Of a stretch of 64,000 nt of DNA, positions 12,412 through 25,539 are shown one piece after another. Every line of letters begins with the position of its first letter. The first letter of the stretch is position 1. This stretch comes from the human T2T-CHM13v2.0 reference genome, Homo sapiens. A model generated the notes under the pieces. That model was not told the DNA's origin and did no database searches. It saw only the letters and a program-made list of their open reading frames with translations. The DNA is taken from NCBI RefSeq assembly GCF_009914755.1, contig NC_060947.1; one strand, written 5' to 3'. A program made the translations under genes and the position numbers.

Positions 12412-12889
12412 GGATAGGTCAACATTAGGAAAATTATTAACAATTTCTCATATTAAAAAATTGTAACAGGAGAAACATATAATTATACCAAAATACTGCC
12501 AAAAGACATTTGATAAAATCTGTAAGCCATGCCTAGAAAGAAGGAAGGGAGAGAGAGGGAGGAAGATTAAAAAAAAAAAAACACTCTAAGAAAGTGTAGT
12601 ACTTTCATGTTTACTGTTGACATACTAGAAACTCCTCTTGTTCTTTCATTAAATGTCTGCAAGATCCCATCATTTTCTTACCAAGTGAGGACTATGAGAG
12701 CCTATTTAAGATCCCTACATGTGTTTTGTGAATGGGATGTATATATAGGGTCCCAAAGAGGGAAATAGGTTATGAGCATCCTTATAACATGTTTCAATAT
12801 ATGAATCTGTCATAATTTTTTCTTTTATGCTTATAAACATCAGGCTTCCACGTTCCTATACATTTGCCTGAAGAAAATTTAACATTTTC

Positions 12890-13352
12890 CTATATTTACC
12901 TCAGATATTTTATTTCAAACAAACAAAGAGTAACTGATATGTTTGAAGTTTGCCCTTAATCCTATTCCATGTCCTCACCACTCTTCGATAATTTGGCGGT
13001 TATAATTTTCATGGCATTTTTAAAATTTTTACAATATATGTAAAAGTAGGAATAAAATATAAAATATGAAGAATTCTTGTGCATTATATAGATGGTATCA
13101 TGTTGCATGTAACAGTTTTCAACTTGCTTTATTCACGTAATGTTTTGTTTTACCTGATTTAGATAATTAGAAACGCATTTCAATCGCTAAGGTTACTGAA
13201 TTATATTTCATTGTATGAATATACCATAGTTTCTTAATATATTCACAGGTTGATAGGCATTTTTAAATATTTTAAAATTAAAAAGTATGTTGCAAAGCAC
13301 ATCTCTATATACATATGTAGTAATCACCCTAGGATATAATCAAAGAGTGGAA
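12890..13352 (-). mobile_element. L1ME-type 3' fragment
   Basis: attgtatgaatataccatagt, gttgataggcattt, ctaggatataatcaaagagtggaatt. Confidence 0.55.
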
Positions 13353-13355
13353 TTA

Positions 13356-15245
13356 ATTAATTAATTTATTGGTCTCATATTTATTGAGCACCTATTATTT
13401 CCCAAGGTGCTGGTCTAAGCATTGGTGATGCAGCAGTGGGCAAAAAAGGTCCCTGTTTGGAGCCTTTGTTTTAGTGGAGGAGACAGCCTTCTGCATAGAA
13501 ATAAATTTGGAGGTCCTTATCGTATAGATGTTATTTTATACCATGAGATTAGACTGTTAGATGATCATATAGGTGTAGACACAAAAAGATGCCTTAGCAT
13601 TGATTCCTGGGACTGACATGTTAAATTGAATAAATAAGAGGGACAAACAAGACTAGAAAGGTGCATCCAGTGAAATAATAGATTTGAGAAAATGGTATTC
13701 TGCAACTTGATCAGAGAATATGTTTTGTGGACAAACTTGTCAAAGTCAAGTACAGCAGGCAATGATCTTTGTATTTGGCATAGTGGAGGTCATTGGTGAC
13801 TTTTACAAGAGCTGTCTCAGTGGGGTTTGGGGTTTAAAGCTTTATTTGGGGGGATTTTAAGACAGAAATAGAGGAGACAAACTAGTAAGAGATATTACAG
13901 AGAATTGTTTCAAGGAATTTTGACAGAAAGGGGAGCAGGTAAAATGGCTTGTCTTTTAGTAGATAGAGGAATATGTGGGATGAAAGGAGTATAAAATTAA
14001 CAGCATGTTTTGTTTGCTGATGGTAAAGATCAAGTTAAGAAAAATAAATTATGACTCAATAGAAAGGGGAGCAAATTGCTGTATTGATGTCTCCATGTAG
14101 GTGCTAAGGGATGAGATCCAGTGCATGAGTAATGAGACTGGTTTAATAATACTGCCCCTTATGTTGTATAATGTGCACTCTGCACTATCATTCAGAATGG
14201 TCCCACTTTGAATCACAAACAGTCCACACATAGTAATGGAAGGGAAGGCTGAGTATGTGCGTGCTGACTGTAGATGTACTGACTGGGAATTTGTGGAAAT
14301 TATTTCATGATTGCTTTATTTTCCACAGTTAAGGAGAAGCAACTAAGAGGAAAGATGAAACAGAAGGTATTGGGAATTTGAGCAGTAAGAAGAACCTATG
14401 ATATAGTTTTCAATAATGGTGCAAAATGAATGGACTAGTATAATACAATAGAACTTCAAGGAACATTGAGGGCCCACCTGAAGTTAATATTTGTGAATTT
14501 AAATAATGAGCCCAGTCATCATGATAGTGGATTTTTCTCCATCCATATTCAGCTGCGTGTATGAAAGTGGAGAAAAGATAGAGTTAAATTTAAACTGAAT
14601 TAATATTTGAGAGGCAAAAATGAGAAAGAAAGAAAAAGGCAAGAGAAGTAAGGGTATAAACAAAGGATGGAGTATCATGATTGTCCATGGAATTTAAATG
14701 GTGTGAAGAGGCAAATGAATATAGCAGATGTTTGGGGGACAGCCAAAAAGATAATAGCGACAATGGATGTAGTTAAATAATTAGTGGAATTAATTTTTCC
14801 TGGTATAATCCATTATTGGAATCAAGGTTCTAGAAGAAACTAGCTAGAAAGATAGCACATGTAGTTGAAGAGTAATGGAGTGTTTAAAATTAAGAAGACG
14901 GAGCTGCTTTTGATAATGGAAAGGTCTAGGGTACAATTTGTGGAGTGTGTGATTGAGGTAGGTTGGAGGACCAGTCTATTGGAAGACAGGATACAGAGCA
15001 ACTGAGATATAGATTTCTACAAAAATGTCTCCATACTGACTTCACATCAGAATCACCTAGATAAATTAAAACCCCCAAATGCCCAAGTCCCACCCATACA
15101 TATTCTAAATTAATTGGTCTATAGTAATGCTTTTAAAAAGACTCCCCAGCTGATTAAAATGTGAGAATAGAATTGAGAATAATTGGTATTATATGAATTT
15201 TGAACTTAATCATAAATGGTGACAGGACCTGTATTGGAGATTGTG
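13356..15245 (-). mobile_element. L2 fragments
   Basis: L2 3' end ttattgagcacctattatttcccaaggtgctggtctaagcattggtgatgcagcagtg; gtggaggtcattggtgacttttacaagagctgtctcagtgg; purine-rich strand. Confidence 0.7.
15025..15185. mobile_element. MER5-family hAT MITE
   Basis: cacatcagaatcacctag...gcccaagtcccaccc...ctccccagctgattaaaatgtg. Confidence 0.7.
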
Positions 15246-15284
15246 TTAAAAAGCCTGTGATATTTTATTCCCTTGATTTCAATG

Positions 15285-16372
15285 ATCACAACCTAGAGTA
15301 GATCTTTTGTCCACATCTTTGCTTTGAGCTTCACTTGTGCATATCCAACTACTATCATACATTTCTGCATGGATATGACACTTCCACCTAATCTCAGAAA
15401 TCCAAAATTAAATGTATCCCCACCTCTCTTTCACCTATGCTCACTTTTTGTATTCCTTTTCTTGGTTAATGACAGCGAATATTAAATTAAGGAATCAGGG
15501 AGCCATCCTAAACTTCTAGATTGCGTCTCAATTCATCTTTGTACTGACTATCTTAATCCATATTCAATAGGTCAAAGATTCATATGCTACCATAATATTA
15601 GTAAATATCTCTGAAATCTACCCCCAATGTTTTATTTTTATAACCATTCTGCTATTCCAGTCATTCATAATCACAATTCCAATAGGCTCAAAAGTAGTCC
15701 TTAAGCTCGTATATTAGCTTTTACAATCTATACTCCACAGTGCCGTCAGTGATCTTTTTATTCATCTGATTAATTAAAATTTGATCATTTTATTCATCTT
15801 AACACCTATTATTCCCAAATTGCTGATCCATACTATTCACTCTATTGTGGGAAAAAGTTGTAACTTTTTAAAAATATTCATTTTACATCATCCTTTAAAA
15901 TTTCATTTTATATGCTTTATAATGTATATCTTGTATTCATTAAGTAATTCATAAATAAATAAATAAGTGACATTCTGAAAGTCCATGTTCAGTTAATTTT
16001 TTGTAGCTGATTGGGTTGCTACAAAAATTAGGAGACCATTGACTCCTAAGAAGTCCAAATTACTTAGCATTGTATGTGAGGCCTCTCTATATTCTGCCTT
16101 CTCCTCTTTTTCCAATTTCAAGAAACATCACGTTGCTCTTCAGCATTCCTCTACAAAGAATGTAAGTAAGACTTTTCCTTTCCATCATCACTACCTTGAT
16201 ATATACCACTATTTAGTGCACTTATCATAAGATTATTATACATTCTAATTCACACCAGACTTTTCCATTAAATTAAGTTTTATGAGTTTAGGGGCTCTGA
16301 CCTTCTCTTACTATCCAAATTTTCTAACACAGCACCTGACACACAGTAGGCATTCTATAGATTTGAATTGGT
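15285..16372 (+). mobile_element. L2 fragments
   Basis: catatccaactactatcatacatttctgcatggatat; 3' end ctaacacagcacctgacacacagtaggcattc. Confidence 0.6.
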
Positions 16373-17044
16373 TAGACACATTTCCTGCCTACCCTGTTCT
16401 TTGGCTGAAGTTGTATAATCTCAGTTCTCTGTGGCCTTATATGTTTAGAATAACATCCCTGTGCTCACTTGACAACATGCCTTTGTAAAAATTTATTATA
16501 AATGCTTTTGTGGAGCTTTTATTTAATCATTATAGGAGCACAGATAAAGATTAGAGAAGGTAAGTCACTGTTTTGTGTCTTATTACACAGTGACCTGCAA
16601 ATATTTCTTGTTTTCTTCTCACATATTCTATTCATTACCCATTCTCTTTTTAGATCATAGGCTTATAAAGCAAATATGCAGATTATTTTATATGCATGAA
16701 ATAAAAGGATTGTACAGGTGTTTATAATAGGTTTTAAAATCTCATTAAACCAGGATTAGCTATCTGAGAGTTGAATGAAAAAAGTGAATCATTTTGACTT
16801 ATAACTTGGATTTCAGGTTGAAATGCTTTTTCTTACATTGATATAAGTTATTAATATTTTCATTTGTATATATTTTAATTTCTTGAAAATTACAAATTAA
16901 GTAATGAGTGTATATTTGTTAAAATTTAGAGGGTATAGGGTAAGATTTGAAAGTCTTCTTTCAATACTGTTCCTTATTTCCCTCACTATAGGTAATTATA
17001 CTATACTATTGAAGCCTTAGTCTATGTCCTCTTCTTTGTTCACT

Positions 17045-18210
17045 TGGTAATTCATGAATACATTGTTTCAGTAGTTATCTATTGAATATGTAATTAGTGC
17101 CACATAGTATGTTGGGATACAAGGATAAATAAAAACAATATGATCTTCATGGAGTTGACAGTGGAGTAAAAAAGACAAACAATGAATGAGTATACAAGCA
17201 GTCAATAACTTCTGGATGGAGTAATAGTCTGAAGAAAATAAACAAGAGAATGAGCTACTGGTAGGTGGAGGCCCCTTTAGATATGGTGTGTTAGTCGGAT
17301 GCCTCTGAGAAACAGCCACCAAGATAGGATTAAAAATGCAAGAGGTTTACTGGGGAAAATGCCTGTGAGAGAAAACACAGAGGGGGCCAGAGGAAGCTGA
17401 GAGACCCTTGATGATGATGTTGTAACTTCTGTGAAGAAGAGAAGGAAGGAAATAAAATTATAGAACTAAAATTCTATAAACGTTCTATAGACTTTTCAGT
17501 TAATGGGGAATCACCAAGCTAAAGTTCCTTATCAAAGGAGTTCTGTATCACCCAGGAAATAACTTGACTTAGCATCCCTGTTAGACCTAGACGTTGGCTG
17601 GGAGCAGCCCATGTGAAGTGAGGCCTTGGTTTCAAAGCAGTGATGATTTCAGAGTGGTAGTCTACCTGGTCAATTCTATACTCTGCAGTTGTGAATCTGC
17701 AAGGAACAAATTCATCACTGCTTCATATGGTGCCCAAAAGAGACTCTCTGAAGAGGTGAAACTTGAGTTGAAACTTTAATGATGAGAATGAGCCAGTGGT
17801 TTTAAGCATTAGTGGAAGTGTATCTTAGTCAAAGTGACAAGCAAGTACAAAGGACTTGAGTTAGGAAACACATGATTTGACCCAGGATTAGAATGGGAGC
17901 TCCTAGACTGCAAGAAATCACAGTGTGAGAAGAAGTTTCAGCGAGAGGCAAGAACCAGATCATGTAAGGTTTTTAAGGCCATGATAAAGAGGATTCATTT
18001 TTTCTTCTTTTTTTTCATGAAGAGGAGAGATAACCTATAGAAAGGTTTTAAGCAGAGGTGACTGATGTAACCTACATTGGGCAAGCATTTCTTAAGCTCC
18101 TGTGCACACAATGTATTGAACGGGCAAGAGAGAAGACAAATAGAAGAGTTAGGTGGCTATGCAGTAGTACAGGGGAGAGAAGATGATATGTCGGACTAGG
18201 GTGGAAACAG
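17045..18210 (-). mobile_element. L2 3' region interrupted by an LTR16-family LTR
   Basis: tattgaatatgtaattagtgccacatagtatgttgggatac; ctctctgaagaggtgaaacttgagttgaaac; ggttttaagcagaggtgactg. Confidence 0.65.
17287..17728 (-). mobile_element. LTR16-family ERVL LTR
   Basis: tgtgttagtcggatgcctctgagaaacag...gcaagaggtttactggggaaaatgcctgtgaga. Confidence 0.6.
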
Positions 18211-18229
18211 TGTCCTGCAGATAGACTCA

Positions 18230-18690
18230 TGGTCTTTCCTTTCACAAATATATTTAGTAAATTATACATATTATTCTCTGACTTCCTTTTTAAAATATAC
18301 AATGTATATACTTTAGAGACTCTTGCATGTCAGTTTTATAGATCTATTGCTTTCTTTTTTAATAGGCACATAGTCTTCCAAGCCATATTTAATTTATCTA
18401 TTTTCCTATTGCTGGACATTTAGGTAAATAAGTTTTATCTCCCCTTTGTTGAATAATGCTACAATGAATATTCTTATAAGTGCCTAATTGTGAATATATA
18501 CCAATGGAGTTGCTGTGCATACTTTAAAATTTAATAGGCATTGACAGCTATTCTCTTAAAAGAGTGTATTAACTTAGACACCATCAGGAGTGTATGAGAT
18601 GTATCCTTGCTTCACATTTTACTGACACAAAATATTATCCATCTTTATTTTTTTTCAAGTAAGAGGGAAAATGATTGCTTTTATATGGAT
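18230..18690 (-). mobile_element. L1ME-type fragment
   Basis: ctattgctggacatttaggt, aataatgctacaatgaatattctt, catcaggagtgtatgag. Confidence 0.6.
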
Positions 18691-18794
18691 AGTACTGAGG
18701 AAAAGAGAAAGCAATTTTGTTGCATTTAAGGAACATGATAGCAACTGCTGGTCCTTTCTATTGCCTTGACCAGATTAGAAAAACCAAATATTAG

Positions 18795-19230
18795 TGTATT
18801 AGTTTCCTGGGATGCCATAACAAATTTCTACAAACTTAGTGGCTCAAAGTAACAGAAATTTATTTTCTCACAGTTCTAGATGCCTGAACTCTGAAACCAT
18901 GATGTTGGCAGGGCCTTATTACATCTGGCTCTAGGAAAGAACAATTTCCATGCCTCCTCTAGCATCTGGTGACTGTCAGCATTCCTTGGTATTTTGGTAC
19001 TTGTGGCTGCATCATTCCAATCTCTGGTTCCTTGTTCACATTGCCTTTTCCTCTGTGTGTCACAGTTCCCTCTGCCTCTCTCATAAAAATACATGTGATG
19101 GCATTTAGGGCCCACCAGGATACACTCTTCTCAAGATCCTTAACTTAATCACATATTTTGCCATATAAGGTAATTCTTCGGCCATATAGTGTCATAATCA
19201 CAGGTTCTGGGGATTAGGACATGGATATCA
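18795..19230 (-). mobile_element. MLT1C-like solo LTR
   Basis: tgtattagtttcctgggatgccataacaaa...acatgtgatggcatttagggcccacc...ggttctggggattaggacatggata. Confidence 0.85.
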
Positions 19231-19749
19231 CACTTCCTCCCCTGTGGACATCACATGAAAGGCAGTGGTGGAGGGAGAATTCAGGATTCAACAGATCCCC
19301 TAATTGCTAACGAAGTTTGGGTAACTTGTTGTATGTCTGCATTTCTACTTCCTTTTATACAAATTACCTCTTCATGGCTTCTGCCTTTCATTCTCCTGAG
19401 ATGTTAGTCTGTTTTTAAAATTATTACTAAGTTTTATAAAATGTTTATGCATTGTAATATTTGGAAAATATGTTTAAAAATGTTTCTACCAATCTATAAT
19501 GCATCTCTTGGGGGTAGGTGAGTGGGCTGGGGCTCTTTGCCATGGGAGATTTTCATGATTATGAGTTCAAGTATACTTACCTTTCTATTGTTTATTTCAG
19601 AGTTTATTTTAGTTAACAATAAATGGAATCATGTTGTACAAATTATTTTGAACCTCTTTTTGATTTGGTGTGAGCCTTTCCCCAGCATATGCATAATTTT
19701 TACCTTTTATGGCTTTTGAGTGTTTTGTTTTCTTTTTATAATAAGCTGG

Positions 19750-19945
19750 GTATACAATGATTCTGATTCACTATGTGTCCAGCACCATGATACATGCTTC
19801 ATAAGTATGCAATTACTGAACCTTTTAGAGAAATATGCATATCTTCATTTTACTGCTGAGTGAGCTAAAATGTAGGTCAAGTTAGTAGCTCGCCCAAGAT
19901 CAAACACATAGTAAGTAGTAGAACCCAACCACGGGCCCAGTCTAT
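19750..19945 (-). mobile_element. MIR
   Basis: cattttactgctgagtgagctaaaa...gcccaagatcaaacacatagtaagtagtagaaccc. Confidence 0.6.
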
Positions 19946-21521
19946 AAAGAGTATTCTGTTCCATTGAATATTTTCCTTTTATATACTCCACTCCTTAAAA
20001 TATAGGTCTTCAAATAACTGAATTTTAGGAAAAAAATGAATTTTCTGAAATCAAACAAAGAATTCAAAACATTTGCTCCAGTGGTAAAGGGAAAATGTAT
20101 GTTAGCTTTTTACTCAAATATAATGTAGACAGTATGTGTAGAGATGGAAGTGGGATTTGCAGGTGAGGCTCAAGGGAGGCACAGAGCAGCCTCTGGTAAG
20201 AAGCAGGACATAAGAATCACTGTATTATCTATTAACTGCATCTTTCTGATTGAGGTCAATTATAGCCATATGAATGCCCTATTAGCCATGCTGTCATCCA
20301 GAAAAATAATAAAACAGCAAAAATAATTTCCTCTATGCAAAGATTAAAACACAAAACTCCTGCACAAACGTTTAGACATAAACATTTAAGCACAGACATT
20401 TAAATAAAGAAAATTATTTTCTTTCAGATGGTATGTTTGAATTAAAATGTCTTTTCAGGTCTGATCCTGTAAGCATATTGTGATGCCTCAAGTAGTAAGA
20501 GGTAAACAAAAAATATATAACTCATGATAAAAGATAATAGTAATTTTAATATCTCATTTTATTTAGCTTTTAGTTAGGAGGGGGATTTTGGGGTTTCTGT
20601 TTTTGTTTTTTAGTGGAGGAATTACTTAATGAAAATTGACGTTACAATGGATATTTTAATATCAGTGTCCACAGCCATCCAGTACAATATAGACAACACA
20701 GTATGCAGACCATCTGGGCTTATTGTCATTATCCTGCAAACTAGCTAGGCACGAGTGATCCTCTGAAGCCTAATTCCAATGCACCCTGGTTTGTCTGTTT
20801 CAAAAGAATTCCATTTGTCAATATTTTGGAGCAGGTGCAAAGCCATTCTGGAGTTTCCTGCTGAGGTTTATGCAAATAGCTGGCTTAACTGGACTGTGGG
20901 CTCAGATTTCCTACAGCCAGAGCACTGAGATTCAGGCATGATTTGGCTTATATTTCCCTCCCAACTTAATTTATTCTTTTTCAACAGTTTCCTTTAGCTC
21001 TTTTGTCCAAATCATACCCTGTTATTACTTTGTACAGTGTTTCTCAAACAAAAGAAATGAGAGTATGATCACAGTTAATAGTAGATGATAACTTGAATTC
21101 ATAAACCAGTATCTGAGGACTCACAGTTGTGTGAAGTAATTTTTGATCCAGAAGGCATTTGGATAATTCTGAATAAAGATGACCACTCTGGGCTCCTCCG
21201 CCAACTTTATAGCGCTTGTGAAGAATCAGATGAGGTACGATATGAGAAGGCACTGAAATACACAACACACTCTACCAATATAAGATATTAAGTTAGATTG
21301 AAAGAGAATGTGAATGAGATTAATACAGCGAGGAGTTTTAGAAAGGGCGTGAGAAAACAGCCCCCGCCTTGAGTTTCCCATTTCTGACTCAAAAGGTAAT
21401 TACCAAACAAAAGGCAATTTGTTTGGATGATAACGTACTTGCTACAATGAGTAAGGGCAGAATATGAGGACAGAAGAATAGCATGGACTAGACTACATAA
21501 AGTCTTTCTGGCCACTCTACA

Positions 21522-24500
21522 GTACAGCAGACACTATTGTTTGCCTACACCCCTACTTCCTTTCTTTATTGCCGAGAGAGTTCTGGTTTTTGTGCTCATA
21601 TAAGATGGCCTACATGTCTCCCTCTATGATCCCAGAGGTTGAAGTTTGATTGATCTAAGAAGATGATGGTCATTCTGTGGTTGGTCATTCGCTGAATGGG
21701 TACGTGATCCAGTACTAGGCAATGAGATGATGTCACTAGGTGATGTCTCTAAAGGAGTGTCTCAAATGATTTTCTTCCCTGATAAAAAATACACCCATGA
21801 GGAGAAACTCTGCCTTTGAACAATATTGTGTGAGCTTCACCGATCCTGTAAATTTAGAAACAACAAAATTTCAGACTATTCCGAAAACTAGAGGAGAAGG
21901 GAATACCTTCAAACTCATTCTACAAGGCCACTATTACACTGATAGGAAAACCAGACAAAGACACATGAAAAACAACAACAAAACTACAGGCCAATGTCTC
22001 TGATGAATATTGTTGCAAAAATCCTCGACAAAATACTAGCAAACTGGATTCAGCAATACTTTAAAAAGATCATCCATCATGACCAAATGAGATTTATCCC
22101 AGGGATGCAATGATAATTCAACACGTGCAAATCAATCAATGTGATACATCATATCAACAGAATGGAGGACAAAAACCATATGATCATTTAAATTGGTGCT
22201 GAAGAAGCCTTTGATTAAATTCAACATCCACTCATGATAAAAACCCTAAAAAAACTGGATGTAGAAGGAACATACCTCAATATGTTGTATAAAAGACATA
22301 TACAACAGACCCATAGCAAGTATCATATTGAATGGGGAAAAACTGAAAGCCTTTCCTCTAAGATCTGAAAAACAACAAGGATGCCCACTTTCACCACTGT
22401 TATTCAACATAGTACTGGAAGTCCATGCTAGAGCAATCAGACAAGAGAAAAATATCAAAGGCATTCAAATCGGAAAGGAAGAAGTCAAATCACCTTGTTT
22501 GCAGATGATATGATCTTATATTTGGAAAGTCATAAAGACTCCACCAAAAAACTATCAGCGCCTATAAACAAATATAGTAAAGTTGCAGGATACAAAATCA
22601 TCATAAAAATTCAGTACATTTCTATATGCCAACAGTGGGCAATATGAAAAAGAAATTTAAAATTAATCCCATTTACAATAGCCACACATAAAATTAAATA
22701 CCAAAGAATTAACTTAACCAACATAGTAAAATATCTCTATAAAGAAAACTACAAAAAACTGATGAAAGAAATTAAAGAGAACATCAAAAATAGAAAGATA
22801 TTCCATGTCCATGAATTAGAAGAAAAAATATTGTTAAAATGTTTATACTACCCAAAGCTATCTGCAGATTCAATGCAATCCCTATCAAAACCACAATGAC
22901 ATTCTTCATAAAAATAGGAAAAAACAATCCAAACATTTGCATGGAACCACAAAAAACTCATAGTAGCCAAAGGTATCCTGAGCAAAAAGAACGAAACTGA
23001 GGAGAATCACATTACCTGACTTCATTTTATGCTACAGAGCTATGGTAACCAAAACAGCATGGTGCTGGCATAAAAACAGACACATGGATCACTGCAACAA
23101 AATAGAGAACGCAGAGAGAAATCCATACATCTAGAGTGAACTCATTTTTGATGAAGGTGCCAAGAACATACACTGAGGAAAAGACAGTCTCTTCAATAGA
23201 TGGTGCTGGGAAAACTGCATGGCCTTATATAGATGAGTGAAACTAGACCCTTATCTCTCACCCTATACAAAAATAAATCAACATGGATTAAAGTCTTAAA
23301 TCTAAGACCTAAACTGTGAAACCACTATAAGAAAACACTGGGGAAACTCTCCAGGACATTGGTCTGGGCAAAAAATTCTTGAGTAATAACCCACAAGCAC
23401 AGGCAACCAAAGCAAAAATGGACAAATGGAATACCATCAAGTTAAAAAGCATCTGTACAGCAAAGTAAACAATCAACAAAGTGAGGAGACAACCCACGGA
23501 ATGGGAGAAAATATTTGCATACTATCTATCTGACAAGAGATTAATAATCAGAATATATAAGGAGCTCAAACAACTCTGTAGAAAAGAATCTACTAATTCG
23601 GTTAAAAAATGGGCAAAAGATTTGACTTGACATTTCTCAAAAGAAGACATACAAATGGCAAACAGCCATATGAAAAGGTTATCAAAATCACTGGTCATCA
23701 GAGAAATGCAAATCAAAACTATAATGAGATATTATCTAGCTCCAGTTAAAATAGCTTTTATATAAAAGATAAGCAATAACAAATGGTGGTAGAATGTGGG
23801 GAAAAGGGAATGCTCATACACTGTTACTGAGAATGTAAATTCATACAATCACTATGAAGAACAGTTTGGAGGTTCCTCAAAAAAACTAAAAATACAGCTA
23901 CTGTATGATCCAGCGATCCCATTGCTAGGTTTATACTCAAAAGAAAGGAAATCAACATATTTAAGAGAGATCTGCACCCCCATGTTTGTTGCAGCACTGT
24001 TTACAATAGCCAAGATTTGGAAGCAACCTGTGTCCATCAACAGATGAATGCATAAAGAAAATGTGGTACTTATACACAATGGTGTACTATTCAGACATAA
24101 AAAAAATGAGATCCTGTCATTTACAATAACATGGATGAAACTGGATGTCATTATGTTAAGTAAAATAAGCCAAGAATAGAAAGAAAAACACTGTATGTTG
24201 TCATTTACTTGTGGGATCTAAAAACCAAAACAATTGGACTCATGGAGATAGAGAGTAGAAGGATGGTTACCAGAGGTTGGGAAAGGTAGTGAGCAGGTGG
24301 GGGAAGGAGGTGGGGATGATTGATGGGTTGAAAAAAAGTAGATGGAAAGAATGAATAATACCTAGTATTTGATAGCACAACAAGGTGACTATAGTCAATA
24401 AATTAATTGGACATTTAAAAATAACTAAGAGAATATAATCGGATTGTTTGTAACATAAAGGATAAATGCTTAAGATGTCAAATACCCCATTTACCTTGAT

Positions 24501-24755
24501 GTGATTATTATGCATTGCATGCCTGTATCAAAATATCTCATGTGCCCCATAAATATATATACCTACTATGTACCCACAAAAACTAAAAATTAAAAAAAAT
24601 TTGCAAAGAAGCTAACATAGACCTTGAAGTTCTTTAGCTACTGAATTTACTAACCCTGAAGACATTCTGTATCCGTTCATCTTGTTTTATGATGTAATAA
24701 CATTTCTTTTTTGTTTAATCATTCTGTTATATAAGCTTAGGCAAACACCATAATC
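21522..24755 (+). mobile_element. MLT1J/K-like LTR split by an L1 (pieces 21522-21835 and about 24605-24755)
   Basis: cagcagacactattgtttgccta; gtacgtgatccagtactaggcaatgagatg; 3' piece cttgttttatgatgtaataacatttc. Confidence 0.55.
21836..24599 (+). mobile_element. 5'-truncated L1MA1/2-type element: ORF2 RT to C-terminus plus 3'UTR, disrupted
   Basis: ORF2 fragment [31 protein letters not shown]; 3' end ggattgtttgtaacataaaggataaatgctt...tactatgtacccacaaaaactaaaaattaaaaaaa. Confidence 0.95.
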
Positions 24756-24824
24756 TTTATATTCTTAATTGAGAAATTGTTGCAGAAAGGAGAGTTGCTA
24801 CAGGTCACATTATGTACTTTACCT

Positions 24825-25430
24825 CTAAATGAGAATAATTCAAATATCAAATTATAAATGTAATCATGTCAATTCTTTGCCAAAAGTATTTCAACAGCTC
24901 TCCATTGTCCTCAAGACAAAAATCCTTACTAGACACTGTCTAGGCAATGATCTGGCCCCTTCTTTTTTTTATTATTATACTTTAAGTTCTAGGGTACATG
25001 TGCTCAACAGTTTTATCCTGTGCAAACATCCTTTCACAGCCTGCACTGCTGTCATAAGAAAATTCACTCAGTTGCTATAAATTCCATGATCTCCTGGAAA
25101 TTTATATTGCATATAATGCTCTTTTCCTTCATCTTTGGCTAGATAATCATTATTCAACCATCATATATTAACTGAAACACTTCCTTCAAGTATCCTTCCC
25201 AGATTTCTTAAGCTAAGTTACTTGTCCTTGTGATATGCCATTATAGAACCTTTACTTCCTTTATGTTAGTAAAACCTAATTTATTGTAATTGCTTACCTG
25301 ATTATTTTCCCCACTGAGTTGTATGCTCTATTAGGAGAGCAACAATGTTGGTCATGCTCACCATTGTATTCTCTTCATAGTTTCTGGAGTATAACTGCTC
25401 AACAAATGTATCTGAAGAATTAATGAATAA
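24825..25430 (+). mobile_element. L2 3' region
   Basis: aatcatgtcaattctttgccaaaa...ctccattgtcctcaagacaaaa; 3' end gctcaacaaatgtatctgaagaattaatgaat. Confidence 0.65.
24963..25008 (-). mobile_element. About 45-bp L1PA tail
   Basis: ttttttttattattatactttaagttctagggtacatgtgc is the antisense of the L1PA4-7 extreme 3' end. Confidence 0.9.
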
Positions 25431-25539
25431 AATCTCTACAAATCTAATATTTTGCCCTAGGAAGGAGAAATATCGATGTCTGATGAGCATACTATTTTCT
25501 TTAAGAAAAGGAATGTTTGTGTATTGTAGAAATAAATAG

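Noticed and set aside
20405-20475. Adjacent acceptor- and donor-like motifs (ctttcagATGgtatgt; cttttcagGTCTGATCCTgtaagc)
   Set aside because: They would define 3-10 nt microexons with no supporting gene context; cannot be distinguished from chance.
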